Source of the DNA: Candidatus Micrarchaeota archaeon
GTDB taxonomy: Archaea; Micrarchaeota; Micrarchaeia; Norongarragalinales; Norongarragalinaceae
Direction: 5' to 3'
NCBI GenBank assembly: GCA_043799765.1
Contig: JAZDNL010000080.1
Location: 1 to 51,578 of the forward strand
DNA length: 51,578 nucleotides
Shown one piece after another: positions 22,023 to 29,296 of the stretch. The first letter of the stretch is position 1. Each line of letters opens with the position of its first letter. A program made the position numbers and the translations under genes. Under the pieces are notes generated by a model. The model did no database searches. It had not been told where the DNA came from and worked only from the letters and a program-made list of their open reading frames with translations.

Positions 22023-23297
22023 ATGCAGCACACGCCGATAAACGAAATTCTCACGGGGCACGTCGAGGAGGGCGAATCCGTGCGCATACGCGGCTGGATA
22101 TACCGCACGCGTTCTTCCGGTGGTGTAGCCTTCGTCGTTGTGCGCGACCCCTCGGGCGTAATCCAATGCGCCGTGAAAAAAGGCGCGTCGAAGGGTTTCG
22201 AGGACTCCGTGAAGGCGCTTATCGAATCCTCGGTTCAGGTTGCTGGTGTTGTGAAAAAGGACAGCCGCGCACCAGGCGGCTACGAACTGCAGGCTTCTTC
22301 TTTTGAAGTCACGCACTTCAGCGAAACGTTCCCTATATCAAAGGACCAGAGCACGGAGTTCCTGCTTGACGTCCGCCATCTGTGGCTGCGCTCGCAGCAC
22401 CTGACGAACGTGCTCAAGTCGCGGCACTTCATAGTGAAATACCTGCGCGACTTCTTCGACGAGCAGGGATTCTGGGAGATTTCGCCCCCCATCATCACGA
22501 AGAGCGGCTGCGAGGGCGGGAGCACGCTGTTCGAACTCAACTATTTCGGTGAGAAGGCGTACCTGTCGCAGAGCGGGCAGCTTTACAACGAGGCGTTCAT
22601 CACCGCGCTTGAAAAAGTGTTCATACTCGCGCCTTCCTTCCGCGCTGAAAAAAGCCGCACGGTAAAGCACCTAACGGAATACTGGCATCTCGAGGAGGAA
22701 GCGGCATACTTCGACAATGAGGACAACATGCGGCTGCAGGAGGAGATGGTTTCGTTCGTCGCGCAGGAGTTCGCGAAAAAGAACGCGGATCTGCTCGTGC
22801 ATTTCAAACGCAAGCCCGAGGAGCTGCTGGTAGTGGAGCCTCCCTTCGAGCGCATGACGTACGAGGGCGCGATTAAGAAGTGCGGCTTGAAGTACGGCGA
22901 CGACTTCGGCGCCCCCGACGAGGCGACTCTTACCGAGGGCTTTGACAAGCCCATTTTCGTTAAGAACTTCCCGAAGGAGATAAAGCCGTTCTACATGGCG
23001 ATTGCCGCCGACAACAAGCACGCGTTATGCGCGGATTTGTTCGCCCCGGGCGGGCACGGCGAAATTATCGGCGGTTCCCAGCGCGAGTGGGAGTACGACA
23101 AGCTCGTTGCGCGCATGAAAGCCGAGGGGCTCGATCTGAAAGAGTACGAGTGGTATCTGGATCTGCGCCGCTACGGTTCCGTTCCCCACAGCGGTTTCGG
23201 CCTGGGAGTCGAGCGTCTCGTGAAATGGATGCTGAACCTCGAGCACATCCGCGACGCAATCGCGTTCCCGCGCGTGATAAACAGGGCATACCCGTGA
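22023..23297 (+). CDS. asnS: Asparaginyl-tRNA synthetase
   Basis: Class IIb: N-terminal OB domain, SGQLY, FRAEKSRTVKHLTEYWHLEEE, GGSQRE and GFGLGVERL. An AsnRS-type rather than AspRS-type signature. Confidence 0.85.
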   Translation: MQHTPINEILTGHVEEGESVRIRGWIYRTRSSGGVAFVVVRDPSGVIQCAVKKGASKGFEDSVKALIESSVQVAGVVKKDSRAPGGYELQASSFEVTHFSETFPISKDQSTEFLLDVRHLWLRSQHLTNVLKSRHFIVKYLRDFFDEQGFWEISPPIITKSGCEGGSTLFELNYFGEKAYLSQSGQLYNEAFITALEKVFILAPSFRAEKSRTVKHLTEYWHLEEEAAYFDNEDNMRLQEEMVSFVAQEFAKKNADLLVHFKRKPEELLVVEPPFERMTYEGAIKKCGLKYGDDFGAPDEATLTEGFDKPIFVKNFPKEIKPFYMAIAADNKHALCADLFAPGGHGEIIGGSQREWEYDKLVARMKAEGLDLKEYEWYLDLRRYGSVPHSGFGLGVERLVKWMLNLEHIRDAIAFPRVINRAYP

Positions 23298-23301
23298 TAT
23301 T

Positions 23302-23715
23302 ATGGAACCAATAAGACAAATAGCGAATGTAGTGAGGGCGGGGTTACCGCGCGCAACAGTCCGCCTGTCCGGCCGGATTGTGCTGGGAAAAGGGACGTAT
23401 CCAGTGTATACTGGCGTGCACGTGGTCATCCCCGGGATGTCCCGAAGAAAAACCTACATGGCGGTGCAGCGGGCGCTGAAGAAGAGCAGTTACTTCAGAA
23501 CCCGTAGCCAGGACAGCTTGGATCCCCGGAGCGTATTCGTAATGAAAGAGCACGACGAGGGCGTTTCCGTGCACCTTCCGCTGGCCGTTGAGAAAAGCAC
23601 CCTGGAAGCAATCCGCGAAAAGGCGGTCGAGGCTAAGTTGTCGCAGCGGACGGCAAATCGCGAGACGAAGCGCGTAAAGGCGAGATCCGTGAAGGTACGT
23701 TTCTCGAAACGCTGA
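23302..23715 (+). CDS. Hypothetical basic protein; start uncertain (ATG 23302, GTG 23332, ATG 23437)
   Basis: ORF only, with plausible composition in the C-terminal two thirds. Confidence 0.35.
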   Translation: MEPIRQIANVVRAGLPRATVRLSGRIVLGKGTYPVYTGVHVVIPGMSRRKTYMAVQRALKKSSYFRTRSQDSLDPRSVFVMKEHDEGVSVHLPLAVEKSTLEAIREKAVEAKLSQRTANRETKRVKARSVKVRFSKR

Positions 23716-23979
23716 CTACTGTTCCTGCCTGTTCTTCCACGCCTCGAGCCTGCGCGCCGAGTCCAGTTCAATAACCCGGAAGGCGTATGATTGCAGTACG
23801 CTCGCAAGCGCGAGGGCGTCCTTGGCGCCGAGATAGACGCGCTCCTCTTTCAAGCGCAACGCGATATTAGAGGGCATCGCCTTCCCGTCCTTCTCTTTGC
23901 CTTCCCAGACGCTAACGTCGACCCGCGCCTCCTTGTAGGGCAGGCGCAACTGTAGCGCATCAAGCGGTCTTTCAGCCAT
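23716..23979 (-). CDS. Hypothetical 87-aa protein
   Basis: Balanced composition. GGTGGA lies 6 nt upstream of the ATG. Convergent with 23302-23715. Confidence 0.5.
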   Translation of the reverse strand: MAERPLDALQLRLPYKEARVDVSVWEGKEKDGKAMPSNIALRLKEERVYLGAKDALALASVLQSYAFRVIELDSARRLEAWKNRQEQ

Positions 23980-24135
23980 TTTCCATCCACCACGCAGAAG
24001 TCCGACCGGAAGGCAGACGGCCGCCGGGCGATTTCGCCTCCGTCGCAGCCGCCGCCTTGGTCAAATTCGTTCAGCGTATTCGGCACTGACGCCGCGCTTT
24101 TAAAGAAAAGCCGACGCGTGGCTGCCAGTGAAAAG

Positions 24136-24208
24136 TGGGGGGACTGAGATTCGAACTCAGGTCGCCAGCTCCCAAAGCTGGCAGGATGCCAGGCTACCCC
24201 ATCCCCCC
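24136..24208 (-). tRNA. tRNA-Pro (anticodon UGG), 73 nt, no intron, CCA not encoded
   Basis: Hand-folded: acceptor GGGGGGA/TCCCCCC, T arm CTGAG-TTCGAAT-CTCAG, anticodon stem CCAGC/GCTGG, loop TTTGGGA. TATA (minus TTTTTATG) lies about 25 nt upstream. Confidence 0.9.
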
Positions 24209-24242
24209 TCTAAGGGTTTTGGCTCGTCCGCATAAAAACAGT

Positions 24243-25880
24243 TCAGTCGTCGCCCCTGAGGAACTTCATCAGGCGCGTAAAGCGCCCCTGCGTCATCTGC
24301 GGCGCGGATGGCTGCCCGCCGAACTGCTGCTGCTGTTGCGCCGGCTGGTATTGCTGGGGCGCCTGCGGCTGTTGCGGAATCACCGGCTTCTGCTGCGGAG
24401 GCTGCTGGAGCTTGCGTATGTCGACAGGTTCGCCGCTGAGCGCCTTCTCCTCGTCCTTCATCTTCTTCAAATAGTAGAGCCCTCCCACGAGCGTGAGCAG
24501 CAGTATGATCCCGCCGCCGATGGTGACGAAGTCGATTTCGTTCTCCTTCGGCATCGTCGCCTGCGCGCGGTTCGCGAGAGCGGTTGCGTTCGTCGCAATC
24601 TGCCCGAACAGTTCGGCGTTCACCTTGCCCTGCTTGAGGAACGCCTCGTTGGAGCGGAGCGAAACCTTCAGCGCCTGCAGCTCCCTCTGCATGTCGACGA
24701 CGCGCTCATCGTTGTTGCCGAGGCGCTTCGTCAAGTCGTCTATGCCCGAGGTGGCGTTCGCAACCGCGAGGACGCTAAGCGAGTAAGTGGGGTACAAATC
24801 GTTGTACGTCTTCAGGGCCGCGTCCATCGCCGCGCTCGTGTTGGTGAAGTTGGCGGCAATTGCCGCCGAGGACGTGTTGCCGCCCGTTGTCAAGAGCGAG
24901 CTTATGAGCGTGCCTTGGAGCGTCTGGAGTTCTCCGAGCTTCGTGTTGAGGTAGGTGATGTCCACCTTGTTCACCGCCTTGTACTTCATCACCGTGGCGT
25001 TCACCTGCGACGCGGTTTTGTTGAGCGTCTCCGTCTGCGCCGCGATGGTGTGCCTGGTTGCCGCGCGTTCCTTCCTGGTCGCAGTCGCGGCGATTACCTG
25101 CGACGTGATGCGCGTTGAGTTCGGGAAGCCGGTTCCGCCGGTCGCATCCATTATGTCGTTGAGCGCCATGGTAAGGTTCGCGTTCTCGGCGCAGGAGCGG
25201 AGTTCGCCGCGCACGTAGAACGCGTAGTAGAACGTCGCGACTATCAGATTGTGCGAAACCGTGAGGTTGGCGTATTTGTCGCTGATGATTTCCGCGCTTG
25301 TGCGTATGTCGCCGTTTTCCTTGGATATCCTGTCGATGTCCCTCCGCGATATCGCCGCGTCCATGTCCACGATGCTTCCCTGCATTTCCAGCACCGCGGC
25401 CTCAACCGCGGGATACGTCGCATTCAGCGAAAGCATCGCGTCATACTCGTTGTAGTATTGGCCGCGGGCGGCGCGTATGAGCAGGTACGGCATCGCGTAG
25501 ATCGTCTTGGGTATGAATGCCTTAACGCCCTCGGCGCACCCGCCTGCGGTTTCATTCACTACCAGGAAGTCGGTGGCGATCCTGTCGCGCTTGCTGCTGT
25601 AGTTGTAGGAGTCGAAGCGCGCCTGCAGGTATCGCTTCACCAGCTCGGTGATGCGCGCCTCGTCGGTTACCGGCTCCACCCTGCCCGCCTTCTGCTCGAG
25701 AAGGACCGTTTCGGCGTTGTTCGTCAGCACCATGTAGATGCTGTCGTCGGGGTTCGGAAGCTGCACTAGCGTGGCGGTTTCGCCCGTTTCCGCGTAAAAC
25801 AGCGCCTCGTCGCTGACATTCAGCGCGAAGGCGAACGACGCGGCGATGAGCGCGAAAAATAGCGCTGTCTTAATTCGCAT
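24243..25880 (-). CDS. Type I membrane surface protein, helical and rich in N-x-S/T sequons, with a Gln/Pro-rich cytoplasmic tail
   Basis: Signal peptide (ALFFALIAASFAFALN). C-terminal TM (IGGGIILLLTLVGGLYYL). Tail is PPQQKPVIPQQPQAPQQYQPAQQQQQFGGQP. Confidence 0.75.
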   Translation of the reverse strand: MRIKTALFFALIAASFAFALNVSDEALFYAETGETATLVQLPNPDDSIYMVLTNNAETVLLEQKAGRVEPVTDEARITELVKRYLQARFDSYNYSSKRDRIATDFLVVNETAGGCAEGVKAFIPKTIYAMPYLLIRAARGQYYNEYDAMLSLNATYPAVEAAVLEMQGSIVDMDAAISRRDIDRISKENGDIRTSAEIISDKYANLTVSHNLIVATFYYAFYVRGELRSCAENANLTMALNDIMDATGGTGFPNSTRITSQVIAATATRKERAATRHTIAAQTETLNKTASQVNATVMKYKAVNKVDITYLNTKLGELQTLQGTLISSLLTTGGNTSSAAIAANFTNTSAAMDAALKTYNDLYPTYSLSVLAVANATSGIDDLTKRLGNNDERVVDMQRELQALKVSLRSNEAFLKQGKVNAELFGQIATNATALANRAQATMPKENEIDFVTIGGGIILLLTLVGGLYYLKKMKDEEKALSGEPVDIRKLQQPPQQKPVIPQQPQAPQQYQPAQQQQQFGGQPSAPQMTQGRFTRLMKFLRGDD

Positions 25881-25919
25881 AAGCTTATTAATAATCGGCG
25901 TTTATAAATATGATTTACC

Positions 25920-26014
25920 CCCGCTGTAGCTCAACCTGGCAGAGCGTCTGACTGTAGTTTGTTGCGCGAAGAGCGGATATCAGAATGTTGCCAGTTCAAA
26001 TCTGGCCGGCGGGA
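25920..26014 (+). tRNA. tRNA-Tyr (anticodon GUA) with a 21-nt intron at the canonical 37/38 position (25958-25978)
   Basis: Hand-folded: C1:G72 acceptor CCCGCTG/CGGCGGG, D arm GCTC/GAGC, anticodon stem TCTGA/TCAGA, loop CTGTAG|intron|A, T arm GCCAG-TTCAAAT-CTGGC. CUGU (loop) can pair with GCGG (intron), leaving 3-nt bulges at both splice sites, consistent with bulge-helix-bulge. Confidence 0.88.
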
Positions 26015-27638
26015 CTTCAAGGACACGGGGCTGGTCGAATTCAATAAACGCTTTCTCATAACCGCGGCGTTGCCTTATGCCAATGGCGAGCTTCATATCG
26101 GGGGACTGCGGAGCACGTACCTTCCCGCGGATGTATTCTCGCGCTACTGCAAGCTCCGCGGCTACGAGACGCTTTTCGTATGCGCGACCGATGAACATGG
26201 CGCGCCAATCGAGATTAATGCCGCCCGGGCAGGGGTTCCGCCGGAAGAGTTCGTCAAACGCTTCCGTCCCAAGCACCGCAAGGACTTCTCCGAAGCCGGC
26301 ATTGTATTCGATTCGTTCCATTACACGCATTCCGCCGAGGACAAGCAGCTTTCCGAAGAATTTTTCGAGGCTCTGAAAGCGGGCGGCCACATCTTCAAGA
26401 AGAAGGTGATGCAGACGTACTGCCCGAAGTGCGCCCGCGTGCTTCCCGACAGGTACGTCAAGGGCGTGTGCCCGAACTGCGGCACCCACGACCAGTACGG
26501 CGATTACTGCGAGAAATGCGGCAAGACGTATACCACCGACGATTTGGTTACCCCCTATTGCGCGCTCTGCAACGGCGTGCCCGAGAAGCAGGAGGTCGAG
26601 CATTTCTTCTTCAAGCTCAGCGCCTTCAAGCCGTTCTTCGAGGAATGGTTCGAAACGAACAAGGATTTGCAGCCGGACGTCGTCAACTACCTGCGCAACT
26701 GGCTGAAGGACTTGCAGGACTGGGATATAACCCGCGACGGGCCTTATTTCGGAATCCCGATTCCCGGCGCGAAGGAGCAGTACTTCTACGTCTGGTTCGA
26801 CGCGCCCATCGGTTATATCGCCTCCGCGAAGGCGTGGTGCGATTCAAACGGTTCGGATCTGAAGACGTGGTGGAGCGAGGACACGGAAATCGTGCACTTC
26901 ATCGGCAAGGACATAGTCTACCACCACTACCTGTTCTGGCCAGCGATGCTGAAGGGCGCGGGATGGGCGCTTCCGCGAAGAATACCCAGCCGCGGCTACC
27001 TAAACGTCGAAGGCGAAAAAATGAGCAAGAGCCGCGGCACGTTCATTCTGCTGTCGGATTTCACGCGGAAGTTCCGGCCGGACTACCTGCGGTATTATCT
27101 AACCGCCGTGACGCCGAACAATTCGAGCGATGGAAACTTTTCCTGGCACGAGTTCGGGCAGCGCGTCAACAACGAGCTCATCGACTCCTACGGGAATCTC
27201 GTGAACCGCGTGCTCACGTTCATTTACAACAAATACGACGCCGTGATACCGATAACGAACGAGTTCACCGAGGAGGACAAGGCGTTCGAGAAGGAGATTT
27301 CCGTCATGCTCGACGAGACGGCGAAGAGCTACGAGGCGGTCGAGCTCAAGACGGCGCTTGAGAAGGCGCTCGCGTTCAGCGGGCGCGCGAACAAATACTT
27401 CAACGACGGCGCGCCGTGGAAGAAGAAGGAGCACGCGCCCACGGTTTTGCTGCTGTCCGCAAGGGCGGTGTACGCGCTTTCAGTCGCATTGCACCCGATC
27501 ATACCGTTCTCGACTCATAAAGTCTTCGAATGCTTCGGTTCCGAACCGAAATGGGGCGGTTCGATTGCCGCGGGCTTGAAGATAAACAAGCCAGAACTGC
27601 TTTTCGCGAAAATAGAGGACGGGCAGCTCAAGCTCTGA
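25959..27638 (+). CDS. metG: Methionyl-tRNA synthetase (no C-terminal dimerisation/Trbp111 domain); start codon unresolved
   Basis: ALPYANGELHIGG (HIGH), zinc knuckles (CPKCARV...CPNCG...CEKCG) and KMSKSRG. The coordinates are the open frame. Its first 56 nt overlap tRNA-Tyr (see findings). Confidence 0.88.
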   Translation: MLREERISECCQFKSGRRDFKDTGLVEFNKRFLITAALPYANGELHIGGLRSTYLPADVFSRYCKLRGYETLFVCATDEHGAPIEINAARAGVPPEEFVKRFRPKHRKDFSEAGIVFDSFHYTHSAEDKQLSEEFFEALKAGGHIFKKKVMQTYCPKCARVLPDRYVKGVCPNCGTHDQYGDYCEKCGKTYTTDDLVTPYCALCNGVPEKQEVEHFFFKLSAFKPFFEEWFETNKDLQPDVVNYLRNWLKDLQDWDITRDGPYFGIPIPGAKEQYFYVWFDAPIGYIASAKAWCDSNGSDLKTWWSEDTEIVHFIGKDIVYHHYLFWPAMLKGAGWALPRRIPSRGYLNVEGEKMSKSRGTFILLSDFTRKFRPDYLRYYLTAVTPNNSSDGNFSWHEFGQRVNNELIDSYGNLVNRVLTFIYNKYDAVIPITNEFTEEDKAFEKEISVMLDETAKSYEAVELKTALEKALAFSGRANKYFNDGAPWKKKEHAPTVLLLSARAVYALSVALHPIIPFSTHKVFECFGSEPKWGGSIAAGLKINKPELLFAKIEDGQLKL

Positions 27639-28095
27639 GGCGTCCGCGTATTTCCGAAGCAATATCGTCGCGCGTCCTTAATTTTCCGTTTCTCACGCAT
27701 TTTACGACGATCCATTTCTTTTCCTTCGCAAGGCGCCTGTATTCCTCCCGAACGCGCCTTTGGTAGCTGCTATTCTTTTCGTGCCTGTCCTTTTTCCTGC
27801 CCCGTTTAACAAGCAGTTTTTCCGCGAAACTTTGCGGCATATCGAGAAGGATGACTGCGTCGGGAACAGGCATGCGGCTGTCCATGGCTTCCATCCATTT
27901 TTTCAGCGACGCGCGCTGCGATGGAGGAGCGCGGGACAACTGAAAGGCTAGGTTTGAGAACGTGTACCGGTCGCATACTATGCTTTTTCCGCGTTTTAGG
28001 AGCGCATTCATTAACCCGCGGAACTGGTACCTGTCCAGCGAGTACAGCAGGACGGCTTCCTCGATGGAAGCGCCGTTCTTCAGGTACTGCTTCAC
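27628..28095 (-). CDS. tmk: Thymidylate kinase, C-terminal fragment (frame B). The frame stays open upstream to about 28125.
   Basis: ...AYETKYGKLVKQYLKNG..., DRYTFSNLAFQ and the lid/basic region. Lacks the P-loop, which is in another frame. Confidence 0.8.
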   Translation of the reverse strand: MKQYLKNGASIEEAVLLYSLDRYQFRGLMNALLKRGKSIVCDRYTFSNLAFQLSRAPPSQRASLKKWMEAMDSRMPVPDAVILLDMPQSFAEKLLVKRGRKKDRHEKNSSYQRRVREEYRRLAKEKKWIVVKCVRNGKLRTRDDIASEIRGRLRA

Positions 28096-28220
28096 GAGTT
28101 TCCCGTATTTCGTCTCGTAGGCGGGAAGCGCATGTACTTCGCGCGCAGTCTTTTCGCAAGAAGAAGCGCCTGGGTCTTTTTGCCGGAAGCGTCGCCGCCC
28201 TCGATTACGGCGAAAGTCAC
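28092..28220 (-). pseudogene. tmk: Thymidylate kinase N-terminal P-loop fragment (frame A), separated from the rest of tmk by a 1-nt frame change
   Basis: VTFAVIEGGDASGKKTQALLLAKRLRAKYMRFP then out-of-frame residues and a stop. The GTG overlaps the upstream stop (GTGA at 28217-28220). Confidence 0.75.
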
Positions 28221-28792
28221 GCAGGCACCCCTATCCCCATTTTCAGCAGGACTGCGACGGCGGGAATCAGCAGGTTGTCGTCAACCGGGAAGTCAATCGC
28301 CTCGACAAAAGCGAGGATGACGGAATAGAACAGGACGGCGTTGAACGGCACGAACAGCGACGCGGACGCAACGGAGGCGACGATGAACGCCGCCAAGCCC
28401 TCGACGCTCTTGCTTTTGTTCCAAGCAAGCGGGTGCATGCCGCGCACGCCGATTATCGTCGCGAACCCGTCGCCGAACGCGAGGACGCATATCATGGCGA
28501 GCGCGAAGGAAAGGGACTGCGAGAACGTCACGAGGAAGAGGCAGCCGACGACGTACATGAGCGCGCCCTTGCCGGGGAACTCGACGAACCTGCGCTCGAA
28601 CGTGTCGAGGACTCTGTCCACGAGTTTGTTCCTTCCGCCGAGCCGGTGCCAGTTCAGGAGCGCGAGCCCTCCGGCGAGGCAGGCGAAAAGGAACGCGACG
28701 AGCGCGTTCTCGCCGAGCGTAACGCCGACGCCCACGAGCAGCGCCCCGAACGCCATGTGCGCTGCCTGCCTTTTGGTTTCGAAGGCGCTCAT
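28217..28792 (-). CDS. Polyprenol (dolichol) kinase / CTP-transferase-family membrane protein (191 aa)
   Basis: Polytopic. AFGDGFATIIGVRGMHPLAWNKSKSVEG resembles the GDxxAxxxG...K(S/T)xEG motif of the dolichol kinase / phosphatidate cytidylyltransferase superfamily. Confidence 0.6.
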   Translation of the reverse strand: MSAFETKRQAAHMAFGALLVGVGVTLGENALVAFLFACLAGGLALLNWHRLGGRNKLVDRVLDTFERRFVEFPGKGALMYVVGCLFLVTFSQSLSFALAMICVLAFGDGFATIIGVRGMHPLAWNKSKSVEGLAAFIVASVASASLFVPFNAVLFYSVILAFVEAIDFPVDDNLLIPAVAVLLKMGIGVPA

Positions 28793-29244
28793 CAGTCCAT
28801 CAGCCCGTGGCGCACCGCCACTTCCTCGTCCTTGAGCTTGTAGGCGATTGACCAGACGATGCAGTAAATCAGTGCGCCGAGCGCGAATCCGCCGATTACC
28901 TGCGGCACGGTGTGCACGCCCAGCGCGACGCGCGAGCCGCCTATCGCCAGCGCGGCTACCAGGAAGAAGGGGAACGACGTGCTGCCTATTGCGCCGAACG
29001 CGAACACAGCTGCGCTCGCCGTGTGAACCGACGGGAATCCTTCTGACTGCGGGCAGGACTCCTGCCCGACGCACGGCCTGTCCTCCGCGTAAAACTGCTT
29101 CGCCATGGGCGCGATAAGCGCAGTGAGCAGGAGCGCGATTATGAAAACCTTCTTGTGCCTGAACCAGAAAAGCCCCGCTATGGTGAAACAGGCGAGCAGC
29201 ACGTAGTAGTACTGCTGTATCCACTGCGAGACGTCCCAAAGCAT
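28792..29244 (-). CDS. PAP2-family (type 2 phosphatidic acid / polyprenyl-diphosphate) phosphatase
   Basis: KQFYAEDRP, PSVHTA and SRVALGVHTVPQV match KxxxxxxRP / PSGH / SRxxxxxHxxxD. ATG 29244 lies 26 nt from the TATA. The track ORF extension to 29397 is unsupported. Confidence 0.75.
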   Translation of the reverse strand: MLWDVSQWIQQYYYVLLACFTIAGLFWFRHKKVFIIALLLTALIAPMAKQFYAEDRPCVGQESCPQSEGFPSVHTASAAVFAFGAIGSTSFPFFLVAALAIGGSRVALGVHTVPQVIGGFALGALIYCIVWSIAYKLKDEEVAVRHGLMD

Positions 29245-29266
29245 ATACAAGTAAGCAACAAAAAGG

Positions 29267-29279
29267 CTTATTAAAAAGG
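29267..29279. promoter_or_regulatory. Shared TATA box (CTTATTAAAAAGG) between the PAP2 operon and the 29297 surface-protein gene
   Basis: About 25 nt from both ATG 29244 (minus) and ATG 29297 (plus). Confidence 0.5.
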
Positions 29280-29296
29280 GTTGCCCAAATCCCCTT

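Noticed and set aside
24136-26014. Integrated mobile element between tRNA-Pro and tRNA-Tyr
   Set aside because: The interval contains a single surface-protein gene. There is no integrase or transposase, no direct repeat of a tRNA 3' end, and no compositional break.
28092-28133. Programmed -1 ribosomal frameshift in tmk
   Set aside because: There is no X XXY YYZ slippery heptamer and no obvious downstream pseudoknot or hairpin. A 1-nt error or mutation in the CCC run is the simpler explanation. It is kept as a finding only as an anomaly to verify.
28793-29239. Upstream 149 codons of the 340-aa ORF 28217-29239
   Set aside because: This part overlaps the PAP2 phosphatase frame, which has all three PAP2 motifs. 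Only the distal 191 codons from ATG 28792 show membrane-protein character and the GDxxA...KSxEG motif.
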